From: an uncultured Lachnospiraceae bacterium
Lineage (GTDB): Bacteria; Bacillota; Clostridia; Lachnospirales; Lachnospiraceae
Assembly (NCBI GenBank): GCA_947176505.1
Contig: CAMWQW010000006.1
Coordinates: 1 to 64,000, forward strand
DNA: 64,000 bases
Direction of reading: 5' to 3'
In this document: piece by piece, positions 49,001 through 58,244 of the stretch
Numbering within the stretch: position 1 is the first letter of the stretch
Layout of the letters: every line of letters begins with the position of its first letter
Program-made: the position numbers and the translations under genes
Notes under the pieces: generated by a model
Databases searched by the model: none
The model's input: only the letters and a program-made list of their open reading frames with translations
What the model was told of the DNA's origin: nothing

Positions 49001-51516
49001 TCATTCGCGTCACCTAAAGGCGAATCGCCTTCAACATGCTGAATATAGCTGACCGATAATGACGGATTAAGAAACATATTCTGTCCGCTTTCCAGATAGA
49101 TTAAATCTGCCGCATTCACCATATCGGATGTCACTTCATCGGCTCTCACTGTCTGTACTTCAATCTGAAAAGCACTGTTCGCATTATCTCCGCCTGCAAG
49201 CGAACTGAATACATACTGCTTCAACCAGTTATTGGTTGTCTGACATCTGAAATAAACCGGCGCATTATAGACTCCTATCACCAAGTCGCTGTCTTTGCCT
49301 GTCTCAGCCAATTTGTAGTTACCTAAGCCGGGACCGACGTAGATAAATGTCGAATCAGGTGTCAATGTGGTGCTAAACAGACTGATTCCGTCTTCCGTCT
49401 CCGCCATATCTTCATTCAACATATAATCAGTAGACATGATATCATCTGCCCCGGCAAGTTCAGCCAGCTCATCGTCTGTCATCCGCTCAAACGAAAGCAC
49501 ATAGTACATCGTACCGCTCTCTTCGGAAGGCTCCTCTGTCTGAAGTGTATCATCCGTCGATGGCGTATTTGTATCACCTGTCGATGGCGCATTTGTGTCA
49601 TCCGTCGATGGCGTATTTGTGTCATCTGTCGATGGTGCATTTGTGTCATCTGTCGGTGGTGTGCTCGTATCATCCGTTGATGGTGTATTTATATCGGGTG
49701 TTGGCTGTTCTGGTGTCTGCGGCGGTTGTTCTGATGTTGATGTATCATCATCGGGTGTCTCCATATCAGAATCCGTTGGTGTACCTGCCACTAATCTTCT
49801 CCACTCACCTGCAAACACTGTGTTCTTGCTTAGGTCCAACAAAACTGCATCAGACATCACGCCGACGGAACTCGTCTCCGGTGCTGGTTGTGTTGGATCC
49901 GACTGTTCCGGCTGTTCTGGTGTTGGCGGCTGTTCTGGTGTTGGCGGTTGCTCTGGTGTTTCTGTACCGCTTCCCGGATTTTGCCCATCCCCCGGATTTG
50001 CAGGATCAATATCCGGAATAATCGGATTTATATCTGGCTGCTCCGTCGTACCATTATTGTCATTGTTATCATTGTTATCATTATTGTTATTATCATTACT
50101 ACTGTTATTATTATTGCTGTCATTGCTCGAATTGTCTACCCAGTCCTTAAAAACCTCACCGACCGTTCCCTGATAAACGTATCTGTCATCACTTTCATCA
50201 TATGTATAGATATCAAGCTCGTCAGAATAACCATTCGGTCCATTCATTGCATTGATTTCACTACTCACGGAAGCCTTATATGCAGGAGTGCCTTCCGGCA
50301 TGTTAGCATATTCTTCCAATGTTATCGCGTAAAATTTACCATTATCTTCATTATAAAAATAGACGAATCTTCCCAACGCTCCCGGGTTTTTCAAGGTTGA
50401 GCTTTTCTGTCCGCTGGACCAGACGAAATCATATCCTGCCTTGTCTTCTCCATCAACATATTTAAGGTAGGTGCCGCGGAAAATCCCGTCCGCCATATCA
50501 GCTTTATTGTTGCCGGATGTAATCTGATAAGTATCGTCTACCGTCACTTCCTGATTCGGAAACAACAGAGTCCAGCCATCCGCCTCCGCAACATTATGTA
50601 CTCCAAGATAAGCTTCTTTATACTGAATTCCCGGAAATGATGTAAATGAGGACTCCGGCACTAACAAGTTGAGAAAATCTTCTCTGCTCGCATAATGACG
50701 GAAAACCGGATTGCTCTTATATGCCTCTGCCAAATCATCCGCAAACGGAGCTTTTCCGCCTGCCAGATACCCCATTGAACCCGTAGTAAAAGAAAACCTT
50801 GTAGGGCTTGTATCCCCTGAACCTGTCGTACCGCCCGAACCAGCCGGCGCGTCGCAATACACTTCAGATGGAACAATATCCAGTATCTTATACGGATTAT
50901 CTTCTCCATGGTCTTCTACAATCTTGCCGATTCCCGCAAAAGATTCTTTCGCCATGGCTTCCGCCGGACGTAGATGTTGTACAACAGGATAAACTACTAT
51001 CGTCACCGCAAGAAGCATTGCGACACCGGACGCCGCCTTCTTCCACTTTTTTCTCTTTGAACCGAGAATAGGCTTCTCGTTGGTACTCTCAAGCATATAC
51101 TCGGGAATCTCGCCTTTTTTAATCTGTTCAATCTCTTTTTCTTTGGCAAGCGCTTCCCAATCCAGCTCCCCGGGATTAATTTTCCGGTGCTTTATGTGCG
51201 AAATAATCTGTGCTCTGGAAGCGTCCGCGCTCTTGAGCGATACAGATTCGTTCGCCGCCATATCAGATTCTTGCAATAAATCTGGTTTCTCCGGAGTATC
51301 AGACAACTTCGTATAATCGGACTCATTGAGGGTATCAGACGTTTTAGGAGCAGCAGCCTTCTCTGCCCCTTCATCATCTGCACGTTTTCTGCCCTTGTAT
51401 CTCAAGATACCAAAAACTCCCGTCGCCACTGCTGCAATCGAAGCGATTACAATAAGAACAATGTTTCTATTTTGTTTTTTCTTATTCCTTTTTATGCCTC
51501 TTCTCTTCTTTTTCAT
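46096..51516 (-). CDS. giant membrane-anchored protein of unknown function (about 1806 aa) with PT-rich and N/D-rich low-complexity linkers
   Basis: Continuous ORF. Start MKKKRRGIKRNKKK 5 codons inside the track's TTG start. Hydrophobic segments IVLIVIASIAAVATGVFGIL and AASGVAMLLAVTIVVYPVV. Linker runs NNNNSSNDNNNNDNNDNNDNN, PEQPPTPEQPPTPEQPEQ and (T/S)DDTN(A/T)PS x6. Recurring D-hhhh-xx-G-Q-N motifs (DMIFIGLDGQNLNLG, DLIYLESGQNMFLNPS, DVVVLTVDDGVTVDS). Confidence 0.6.
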   Translation of the reverse strand: MKKKRRGIKRNKKKQNRNIVLIVIASIAAVATGVFGILRYKGRKRADDEGAEKAAAPKTSDTLNESDYTKLSDTPEKPDLLQESDMAANESVSLKSADASRAQIISHIKHRKINPGELDWEALAKEKEIEQIKKGEIPEYMLESTNEKPILGSKRKKWKKAASGVAMLLAVTIVVYPVVQHLRPAEAMAKESFAGIGKIVEDHGEDNPYKILDIVPSEVYCDAPAGSGGTTGSGDTSPTRFSFTTGSMGYLAGGKAPFADDLAEAYKSNPVFRHYASREDFLNLLVPESSFTSFPGIQYKEAYLGVHNVAEADGWTLLFPNQEVTVDDTYQITSGNNKADMADGIFRGTYLKYVDGEDKAGYDFVWSSGQKSSTLKNPGALGRFVYFYNEDNGKFYAITLEEYANMPEGTPAYKASVSSEINAMNGPNGYSDELDIYTYDESDDRYVYQGTVGEVFKDWVDNSSNDSNNNNSSNDNNNNDNNDNNDNNGTTEQPDINPIIPDIDPANPGDGQNPGSGTETPEQPPTPEQPPTPEQPEQSDPTQPAPETSSVGVMSDAVLLDLSKNTVFAGEWRRLVAGTPTDSDMETPDDDTSTSEQPPQTPEQPTPDINTPSTDDTSTPPTDDTNAPSTDDTNTPSTDDTNAPSTGDTNTPSTDDTLQTEEPSEESGTMYYVLSFERMTDDELAELAGADDIMSTDYMLNEDMAETEDGISLFSTTLTPDSTFIYVGPGLGNYKLAETGKDSDLVIGVYNAPVYFRCQTTNNWLKQYVFSSLAGGDNANSAFQIEVQTVRADEVTSDMVNAADLIYLESGQNMFLNPSLSVSYIQHVEGDSPLGDANDMGEGIVSAILSRAADELTPIIVDYAIAEETDTDKYAGTNYQLLAQALLKRDLAGYFEAINTGTDLMANIEMTLKADDYPDKDDNGYNYVNQNIYIINDEMLVSDDFAAFFDDFKAKAGFSDVLAAIEAENTTLAEYDQISFEVSKARAIQYIINFSVGIMGEFDDLTILELQPTANIDLTSGAIISDLHTEEDSKGNTKLVWKTDAMKTGKQILYSKKQFGISTDVKSVVEFNGEWEDVNGAYDMIFIGLDGQNLNLGDRQPRRAVYNDESLNGKVYHLGDVTGDSRYDSNDITSQKMMDLLEYLRAGYPIVVENDFFTDATARGASRDTINTKYVAEDTVMYNFLLAAVSVEEYKDSIFTVSDTMSNAGFMARMKTSKPRIELVNEDADSGSGVSMVQRLVLDENEEYHGRIAFQIKNNRGEDYFGDTTMHLYADMNYDGIFGTEEELGEEFGAYVNEGNVIDVTINGMGPGIIPWKLEVTDSGNPYRRASVQGYFELVSSYEEEIRVLQVTKSKGDYYIDLEAMYKKKDDSLLARLLKDAESSSHLAFEFETVTPEELADNLTKNPKYLNLWDVVVLTVDDGVTVDSVAFADYINEGRSLLVCSQNKSGNSAGLATESLGWSSGRTFVSLGAANQYHRYAGLNAGMYEPRRAGIRADKINEGSILYYPYEMTGNSFAFAEKMAENGTGLRASEYLLNFENNLKSEYTEAYVTTWLTFGGNRDTAYGISPKDARNNYYCYSKGNVVYLAQSEYPYIYGEGEVAANAMGVDECKFFVNALMAAYSAGVHGSDVAIVSGFAQNSAPMKSIAVPFDQEWRDTADDDTEGILDNTVDVYFKFADSNIGANKNVTVSFYYEDDAGTQEFVIGDKTVKATPFGSEIWTVTDNKLVPVTAADPQNPDQIGLLPGKVYRIKAPVVSLRSLTDDKTNNAGIFVLVESEFIRNGKTYKIDGFGTVSLNRARLFLLE
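49545..49700 (-). repeat. 24-bp in-frame tandem repeats (about 6 copies) encoding (T/S)DDTN(A/T)PS
   Basis: tcatccgtcgatggcgtatttgtg-type units reiterated with point variants. Confidence 0.8.
49890..50140 (-). repeat. 18-bp repeats encoding PEQPPT x3, and AAT/GAT-rich microsatellite-like repeats encoding the N/D/S run
   Basis: ggctgttctggtgttggc x3 at about 49900-49955; attgttatcattgttatcattattgttattatc at about 50040-50140. Confidence 0.75.
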
Positions 51517-51546
51517 AATTAATCGCCCCAATACTTGCTTAAAAGA

Positions 51547-54500
51547 TTACTGTTTCGTCCACTGTGTTCCGTTAGATGTACAGGTCCATGTGCCATACTC
51601 TACGCCGGAAGTATACCCATTTACTAATTTAAGTGTATAGGTATCAGTACTTGCATCATAAGTATATTCCTTTTTAATGCCTCCCCAAGAATTCTGGGCA
51701 TTCTCCCCATATGTATCCGTTGCAAAGAAGTACTCTGTGACAGATTCACTATAACTGCCCGAAATATTTGGGAATCCGCTCTCAGACGGAAGCGGCGCTT
51801 CCAGCATACACTGACTGCCATTATACGTAAATCCAATGCGTGTACCCCAAATTGCCGTATCAACTCCTGTGTTGCTTCCTGCCTTTGTCCGGTTCCACTT
51901 TGCGCCGTCCCAGCTAAATGTTCCATAGTTATACACAATCTTCTTGCGTGGATTATTGGTCAGAATTTCCCTGATTATCTCTATCGTATATGCACTGCCG
52001 GATTTACTGCATTTCACAATACATTTCTCGATAAGCGCATCGCTGCTGCCATCCTTACTAAAGGATATCAACTGCCAGTTATTGAGCGTACTGTTGTTGT
52101 CAAACGCCCCTATCGGGAAATCTGCATCCGACGGCGTCGGGAAATAAGTCTCATACTGCTTATTATCCTTTGTAAACTCCAGATTCGTCTGAATATTCTC
52201 TATCTTCGTCTCTTCAAGTCCCACTCTGGTCCATTCAAGCTGTCCCATACTTGCTTCATACTTGCCGTAAATATGGGTGATAATCTGTCTACCGTTGATT
52301 TCCATAGATGACAATGTAATCCGGTACTTATCCTGTCCTAAATATTCACACATAACCGTGGCATTATCTATCGTCCCCCGCCACTGTCCATCCTTAGAGT
52401 ACGACGTAAAATTGTATATAATTTCTTGTTTCGTATCACTCCTTAAGTCAAATGGAAATGCTCTGTCCGACGGCACTGGAAAATTTGTCCATCTTTCCTC
52501 TCCGTTCACGTTTGGCAACTGCATATTTAACCCCATGTCAATTCTCAAGTTAATAACACAATCCCACTGCTTATAATAATATGTATCGTAATCTCCGGGC
52601 ACATTCTTATAGATAACATTATCTCCCGTATAAGCTCCTGCTCTGATATCCGGATTATTTGCATAGACAAATCCGGGCACAATATGATACATTCCACACG
52701 CTTCCTGCATCTCCTGCGCATTGCTGTTTGTCAGATTAGTCACCGTCGGATTAGACCCGGGCTGAAATACAATCTTTCCAAAACGATTTTGACCGGTGTT
52801 GTTTCCTTTATCATTATAATTGCCATCTCTGTCCGGCGATATCGGGAGCGCCCCAATTCTTGTTGTTCCGTTACGGTTATCCGCATATTCCTCCGTATCA
52901 TGCGCATACCCATAAACTCTCTTCCACCGACCGTTTTCATCCTCTTTGTACACCGTAAATCTAATGTTGTTAAGGACAGCTTCTCTCAATATGTTGATTG
53001 CACCAGCATCGGCAATCTCAATCATTCCCCCGAGAGGATTATTATTGGGTGTTGATAAAAATGAAAAATGCTCATAGCTTTCTTTCTCATCATTCGGATA
53101 CGTGACCCCATTAATCTTCACAGCTACAGACGGTTGATTCAATACTGCATAATAATATTCATCCGCATCAAACATCGTACCGATATACTTTCCGTTATCG
53201 TCACATTTGTTCAAATATTCTGTTTTAATCTCTTCTTTACTTGCCTCAGTCCTACTCCCTTTTGGTCTTGGATCAAGTACTTGGAAATAAATCTCATAAG
53301 ACTTCCTGTGATCTAATCCGAATGCATCGGGAGAAAAACGCTCGTTTGCGCCCTCTGTAAAATAGACCATTACATAATCATTCTGGCATCCGACTGTCCC
53401 TGCTTCTCTGACACGGACACAGAAAACATAACGAGAATGGTCTGTTTTTAAAGATGTACGCATATAGTCAAAAATTCCCGGGTCATTATCCGTACCGAAC
53501 TTAAGCTCCGATCCGATAAACTTCGCCCCGTTGTCGCCCTCGGTCACTCTGAGGATGAGCGTTCCTGTTACCGCTCCATAGCTCTTACGAAGAGACAAAT
53601 CAGACGTCGCCTCGATTTCAATTTCCTCACCTTTTTTCGCTGTCGATTTTATCTTAACTTCTGCTTCTCCCGTATCAGATGTCACAATCTCAGCAGGTCC
53701 TCTTACAATTCTCCATCTCGTTGCCGCAAGGTCATGATCCTTTGTCTCGTCATCCGTAAGGCAGGAATGCGCTTCACAGGATCTGCCTAACATATATCCC
53801 ACTGCACTACCGTTCACCGTAACCGTACTTCCGGCTTTGATGGTCGTTGACGCACAACTTAAGTCAACGCTGTTCACACGCTTGACATTAACCTGTACCG
53901 TCTTGGCTACCTTATCATTCTGATTGGCATACTCTTCATTTACGCGGGAAACTCTCACCAGAAAACTCTTGCGTGTCTCGTTCGTACCGATAGTTAACTG
54001 CCCGTCAGCCGAAACGGACGACGTCGTTGTTCCGGTATCCACCAGCTCCCACTTAACCGCCTGATCATCAGAATTGGTATCCACCTGCGTCTTGTCTGCA
54101 AGATTAAAGCTGTCCCCCGGCTCTAACACAATATCTCTCACTGTCGTAATCGTGAACTCGTTCGCCTTCTTCATCGGCTCAATATCAATCTTATTGAGTG
54201 CAATCCGGTTACGCACGGTTACATTATTGGAAGTGGTATACTCTTTATTGCCGTTCTGGAATGTCATGGAAATCATGACTACCCTGTTTTCTTCAAACTG
54301 GGAAATATCAATATGTAATTCTTTGACATGCTGCGCGAGAATCGCCCTGTTCGTATCATTAAACACCGGCTCCGGATTTGTATCATCTATCACGGTATCG
54401 CTCGTATTGAAATAAATCGTCTGCGTGTCCTTACTCCACTCGAAACGATAACTGTCATTATCATTATTGCTGCCCTTTTTATTGACTACTACCAATATTT

Positions 54501-54771
54501 TCTCATCAGGCTCACTGCTGAACTCGGAATCTTTCAGAACAAGTTCTGTCCCGTTGCCATAACTTATACTGTCCGTCGTATCTATAATCACGTCAGAAAT
54601 CTGATTTAAAGCGAGCTGCGCCTCCTGTTGTAACATGATGTCGGTGTTAGCCGATGTATAACTTCTGGATCCTACCACAATGAAACCACAGACTGCCAGC
54701 GTCACAATTGCTAGTATTGCTATCGCTATGATCAATTCCACCAATGTAAAACCTTTCTGATTTTTTCTCAT
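51547..54771 (-). CDS. giant prepilin-type protein (1074 aa) with an N-terminal class III signal and N-methylation motif
   Basis: MRKNQKG|FTLVELIIAIAILAIVTLAV is the classic prepilin cleavage and N-methyl motif (G-1, F+1, E+5). It is followed by about 1000 aa with Big_2-like stretches (LSCASTTIKAGSTVTVNGSAV) and many W/Y/N/G-rich beta-type segments. Confidence 0.6.
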   Translation of the reverse strand: MRKNQKGFTLVELIIAIAILAIVTLAVCGFIVVGSRSYTSANTDIMLQQEAQLALNQISDVIIDTTDSISYGNGTELVLKDSEFSSEPDEKILVVVNKKGSNNDNDSYRFEWSKDTQTIYFNTSDTVIDDTNPEPVFNDTNRAILAQHVKELHIDISQFEENRVVMISMTFQNGNKEYTTSNNVTVRNRIALNKIDIEPMKKANEFTITTVRDIVLEPGDSFNLADKTQVDTNSDDQAVKWELVDTGTTTSSVSADGQLTIGTNETRKSFLVRVSRVNEEYANQNDKVAKTVQVNVKRVNSVDLSCASTTIKAGSTVTVNGSAVGYMLGRSCEAHSCLTDDETKDHDLAATRWRIVRGPAEIVTSDTGEAEVKIKSTAKKGEEIEIEATSDLSLRKSYGAVTGTLILRVTEGDNGAKFIGSELKFGTDNDPGIFDYMRTSLKTDHSRYVFCVRVREAGTVGCQNDYVMVYFTEGANERFSPDAFGLDHRKSYEIYFQVLDPRPKGSRTEASKEEIKTEYLNKCDDNGKYIGTMFDADEYYYAVLNQPSVAVKINGVTYPNDEKESYEHFSFLSTPNNNPLGGMIEIADAGAINILREAVLNNIRFTVYKEDENGRWKRVYGYAHDTEEYADNRNGTTRIGALPISPDRDGNYNDKGNNTGQNRFGKIVFQPGSNPTVTNLTNSNAQEMQEACGMYHIVPGFVYANNPDIRAGAYTGDNVIYKNVPGDYDTYYYKQWDCVINLRIDMGLNMQLPNVNGEERWTNFPVPSDRAFPFDLRSDTKQEIIYNFTSYSKDGQWRGTIDNATVMCEYLGQDKYRITLSSMEINGRQIITHIYGKYEASMGQLEWTRVGLEETKIENIQTNLEFTKDNKQYETYFPTPSDADFPIGAFDNNSTLNNWQLISFSKDGSSDALIEKCIVKCSKSGSAYTIEIIREILTNNPRKKIVYNYGTFSWDGAKWNRTKAGSNTGVDTAIWGTRIGFTYNGSQCMLEAPLPSESGFPNISGSYSESVTEYFFATDTYGENAQNSWGGIKKEYTYDASTDTYTLKLVNGYTSGVEYGTWTCTSNGTQWTKQ

Positions 54772-54875
54772 AGTACTGTGATTCCTTTCTGTCTACTCTG
54801 CCGCCATCTTCATTTTCAACCACACGCTGCACCGGATCATATTTCCGACTGTCTGCAAGCCACCTCTTTCCTATA

Positions 54876-55418
54876 CTACGGTATTGGAAGCAACTCCATC
54901 GTCGTCTTACCGGTCAGTCTCTCCAGATGGATATGATAATTCTTGCTGCCGCCGCGCACATAAATCTCCCACACATTTGTGGCAGTGGCGCCACTGTCCA
55001 AGCTCTCCAGAAACGAGCCTGAGCTTCTGTTAAAATATATCTCCCATGCGTCATCTCTTTGCGGTAAATCATCTCCGCCGTCCGTAGATCCGACCATGCA
55101 CCTTCGCGCCCCGATTTTCTCGGCACCGTTGTTGCCGGTTGTCCAACTGCCGGCTTCCAATGTCTGCAATTCACTGAATACCGTTCCGGTGTCATCTCTG
55201 TAGAGAAGCAGTCTCACATTGCCTCGTCCTGCGCTCATTGTCGCAATCTTACATTCCGAGATGGCACCTATAATGTCATTGGTGCAGGTTCTTGCATTGG
55301 CGCTGAAAACAAGCCCGACAGACAATGCCGCTGTCGTGAGAACCGCCGCTATGATTGCAATGACAATGATTAATTCCACAATAGAAAAACCACTGTTATT
55401 TTTCTCCATCCTGCGCAT
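54876..55418 (-). CDS. minor pilin/pseudopilin (180 aa)
   Basis: MRRMEKNNSG|FSIVELIIVIAIIAAVLTTA prepilin motif. Confidence 0.65.
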   Translation of the reverse strand: MRRMEKNNSGFSIVELIIVIAIIAAVLTTAALSVGLVFSANARTCTNDIIGAISECKIATMSAGRGNVRLLLYRDDTGTVFSELQTLEAGSWTTGNNGAEKIGARRCMVGSTDGGDDLPQRDDAWEIYFNRSSGSFLESLDSGATATNVWEIYVRGGSKNYHIHLERLTGKTTMELLPIP

Positions 55419-55439
55419 CTGACTATATCCTCTCCATTA

Positions 55440-58130
55440 CTATTTCTTAATCCAGTTCTCGTACCTTACAATCTCTGAATAATCAATATTGAGATTGCCG
55501 GCTTCATCTACGTCTGCCTCCTCATAACCGCTCTTAATCATACCAGAACCGTTACAAAGAATATTCGCCGGAACGTTAACGTCTCCCGCCACTTCAGATT
55601 GTGCCTGAAGAACGGCATACACGCCCTCACCGTCTTTCTTGATTGTCGCATTATTCGAGACGGTAATCTTACCGCTTGCGATAATCAGACCTTGGAAATC
55701 TTTGGTGACTTCCACATCTCCTATGGCAACCACAAGTCTTAACTTGGAATCTGTCACTCTATATACGTTGCCCGGCTCTTTCTTGCTGTCTACCAATACT
55801 GCCTTCAAAATATTTGCGCCTTCACCGGTCGTAAACTCCACCTTGCCATGATTGTCGTCAAGATAATCCTGCAATCCTTCCGTACTCTCAGGATCCGTCG
55901 GATTGGTATTAAGCTTAACCAGATTCTCAAACACGTTCTCTTCCGTGCCCGGATCCTCTTCCAACAGGTTTTTCATCAGATTCTCATAACTTAAGATAAT
56001 CTCATCCGGCTCTTTTAACTCATTCTCACTGACAATCGTTTCCACATTGTCAGATACTTCTTCATAATCCCCTGCTTCTCCTGCCGGCGGATTCTCCTCG
56101 TCATCACCATCGCCTTCCGACGGATTATTCTCAACGCTTGATAAAAGTTTGACAATATTTTGCCCTTCCGGAGATGTCATGATTGCATCACCGTTTCCTG
56201 CATCTGTGGCGGATACCATACTGTTACCTACCACCGTATATCCCTGCACGTTGCCTTTCAGTCTGATACCACCCGAAACATACTGATTAAAGTAATTGTC
56301 CAGACTTGCTTTATTGCTGTTGACATTATAATACTGCGTGAAATATTTCGCAGCATTAACACTGTCCATCACCAGATACAGGTACACCTGCTCTTTTTCC
56401 GGCTTATAAAGGAATCTGACACCCGAACCGTTCGCAACTGCCTTTTGGTTCAATGCCGTTATGACAGCTACCGGATTCGTCAAATCTACAGCGCCCAAAT
56501 CAGTCGCCTTAATATCCGGTATTCCATAACTGCTCAGCTTCCCGCCGCCTAACTTTGTCACTTCCCTGCTGGCATCCACAATTCTGAAAACTTCATCATC
56601 ATCATCGGCTCCGCCCTCCGGCGTTGATGTACCATCCCCTGCTCCCGGTGTCTGATAATCGGCAAGACTCTTTAACATTTCACTCCATGTCTCAAAAGAT
56701 ACCGGATTCTGTCCGACCACAGGTGTTCCGTTCAAAGTACCCACACACTCCGGCGGAACAAGATAGGCAATCTGATTACTCTTGACGGAAATAGACTCTC
56801 CCATCAGCACATGAGGCATCCCGTTGTCTTTCTCATCATCCTTAGCTAAGCTGACGTATGCCCTTCCCGCAAGCTGCAAAGTAGTAAGCCCTGTCAAATC
56901 CACAGACGTATTCTTTCCGTTAATCACAATAGCGCTGCTCGTGTTCGCCGGATTAACCCTCTGCAGTTCTTTGACAACCTTGCCGTCACTGTCTAACACA
57001 ACATGCCCGTCGTCATCAAGCTTCGGCGCTTCCTCTTCATGAGTCGTCTCATTCGTATTGCCGTAGCCGTAATACTGTCCTGCCAGCGACACGTTACTGC
57101 CCTTGCCGGACAAGATTAAATCATTTGCTATATACATTCTTCCGGAAACATCTAAATGCCCGCCATTTAACGCCAGTCCGTTCGCATAGACATTCGTCCG
57201 GAATCCTTTACTTCCCTGCGTTACATTTCTTATGATTAATTCTGCATCCTGATTGACCATGCTCGTAAAGATAGGATCGTTACCGACAACGATATCCCCG
57301 CCCGAAATAACATAGGACGCGTCCTCAATCAGCACATGACTGTTTCTGGCAATCTGGATACCGCCTTTGCTGTCTTCATCGACTCCGCCGTAAATATTGC
57401 CGTTTATTGCAATCGTATTGGCGTCCATCTCAATTCCCTCATCGCCGATTAATACATACGGATACAATCTGTCAATGGTTCCAGCCTGTGTAAAACGCAG
57501 CTTCGGCACATCAATAGCTATATCCGTATTGATGATGGACAGATAATCATTGGTATCGTAATACTCGATACATATATTCTGAAGTACCATGCTTCCGTAG
57601 CCGTTTACGGCATTTGCGGCTTTAAATTCAGCTACGGCGTTATCCCACGTATCGTTCACGATATATCCGTCACCATTCGGGTCGCTCTCATCCCACCATT
57701 CAGAATCCACGAAACCTTTCAGCATATCCTTGTCGTAACGGTTCGGAGACCCTGTCGGAGTTGTTCCGAACCTGCTCTCAACTGCCGCAATATACGCCGT
57801 AATGAAATAGCTCTCACGGTTCGCATCCGTCCCCAGCGCATCCCAATTGCTCACCACTTCCTGATACGCCTCATTGATTGCTTTCGAGACCTCACGCTTC
57901 ACACCAGCCTCAATCTGCTCCACCACCGTCTCTGCGGAATAAAAGCTGTTCTTCACCTTCAAGTCATTGATTTTAATACGATAATTAAGATAAGCCGCCC
58001 ACAGGATCGTAGTCGCTAGTACGCCTATTAATGCCATGGCGATAATCACGATTACAATCGCCGAACCTCTGTCGTCCCTCTTATTCAGTTTTTCTCGAAG
58101 CAGATTTTTGCTCTTGCACAGCTTTTTCAT
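55440..58130 (-). CDS. large PilX-N-like pilus protein (896 aa)
   Basis: The N-terminus DDRGSAIVIVIIAMALIGVLATTILWAAY resembles the PilX N-terminal motif (G-S, no Glu+5); a long G/N/D-rich beta region follows. Confidence 0.5.
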   Translation of the reverse strand: MKKLCKSKNLLREKLNKRDDRGSAIVIVIIAMALIGVLATTILWAAYLNYRIKINDLKVKNSFYSAETVVEQIEAGVKREVSKAINEAYQEVVSNWDALGTDANRESYFITAYIAAVESRFGTTPTGSPNRYDKDMLKGFVDSEWWDESDPNGDGYIVNDTWDNAVAEFKAANAVNGYGSMVLQNICIEYYDTNDYLSIINTDIAIDVPKLRFTQAGTIDRLYPYVLIGDEGIEMDANTIAINGNIYGGVDEDSKGGIQIARNSHVLIEDASYVISGGDIVVGNDPIFTSMVNQDAELIIRNVTQGSKGFRTNVYANGLALNGGHLDVSGRMYIANDLILSGKGSNVSLAGQYYGYGNTNETTHEEEAPKLDDDGHVVLDSDGKVVKELQRVNPANTSSAIVINGKNTSVDLTGLTTLQLAGRAYVSLAKDDEKDNGMPHVLMGESISVKSNQIAYLVPPECVGTLNGTPVVGQNPVSFETWSEMLKSLADYQTPGAGDGTSTPEGGADDDDEVFRIVDASREVTKLGGGKLSSYGIPDIKATDLGAVDLTNPVAVITALNQKAVANGSGVRFLYKPEKEQVYLYLVMDSVNAAKYFTQYYNVNSNKASLDNYFNQYVSGGIRLKGNVQGYTVVGNSMVSATDAGNGDAIMTSPEGQNIVKLLSSVENNPSEGDGDDEENPPAGEAGDYEEVSDNVETIVSENELKEPDEIILSYENLMKNLLEEDPGTEENVFENLVKLNTNPTDPESTEGLQDYLDDNHGKVEFTTGEGANILKAVLVDSKKEPGNVYRVTDSKLRLVVAIGDVEVTKDFQGLIIASGKITVSNNATIKKDGEGVYAVLQAQSEVAGDVNVPANILCNGSGMIKSGYEEADVDEAGNLNIDYSEIVRYENWIKK

Positions 58131-58244
58131 AGGCTATTTCGTTCCTTTATAAGAATCCCTTACACGTTATCTGTTTTCATCGGTTCCCGCCAGTCTACAT
58201 CCGAACTCTGTATCCAACATACGCACTCTTTCTTCTACGCCCTG

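Noticed and set aside
49545-50400. Plus-strand ORFs 49545-50021, 49595-50173 and 49888-50400, and the possibility of a CRISPR array
   Set aside because: The repeats are in-frame coding repeats of the 1811-aa gene with no unique spacers and no cas genes, so they are not CRISPR. The plus ORFs are repeat mirrors.
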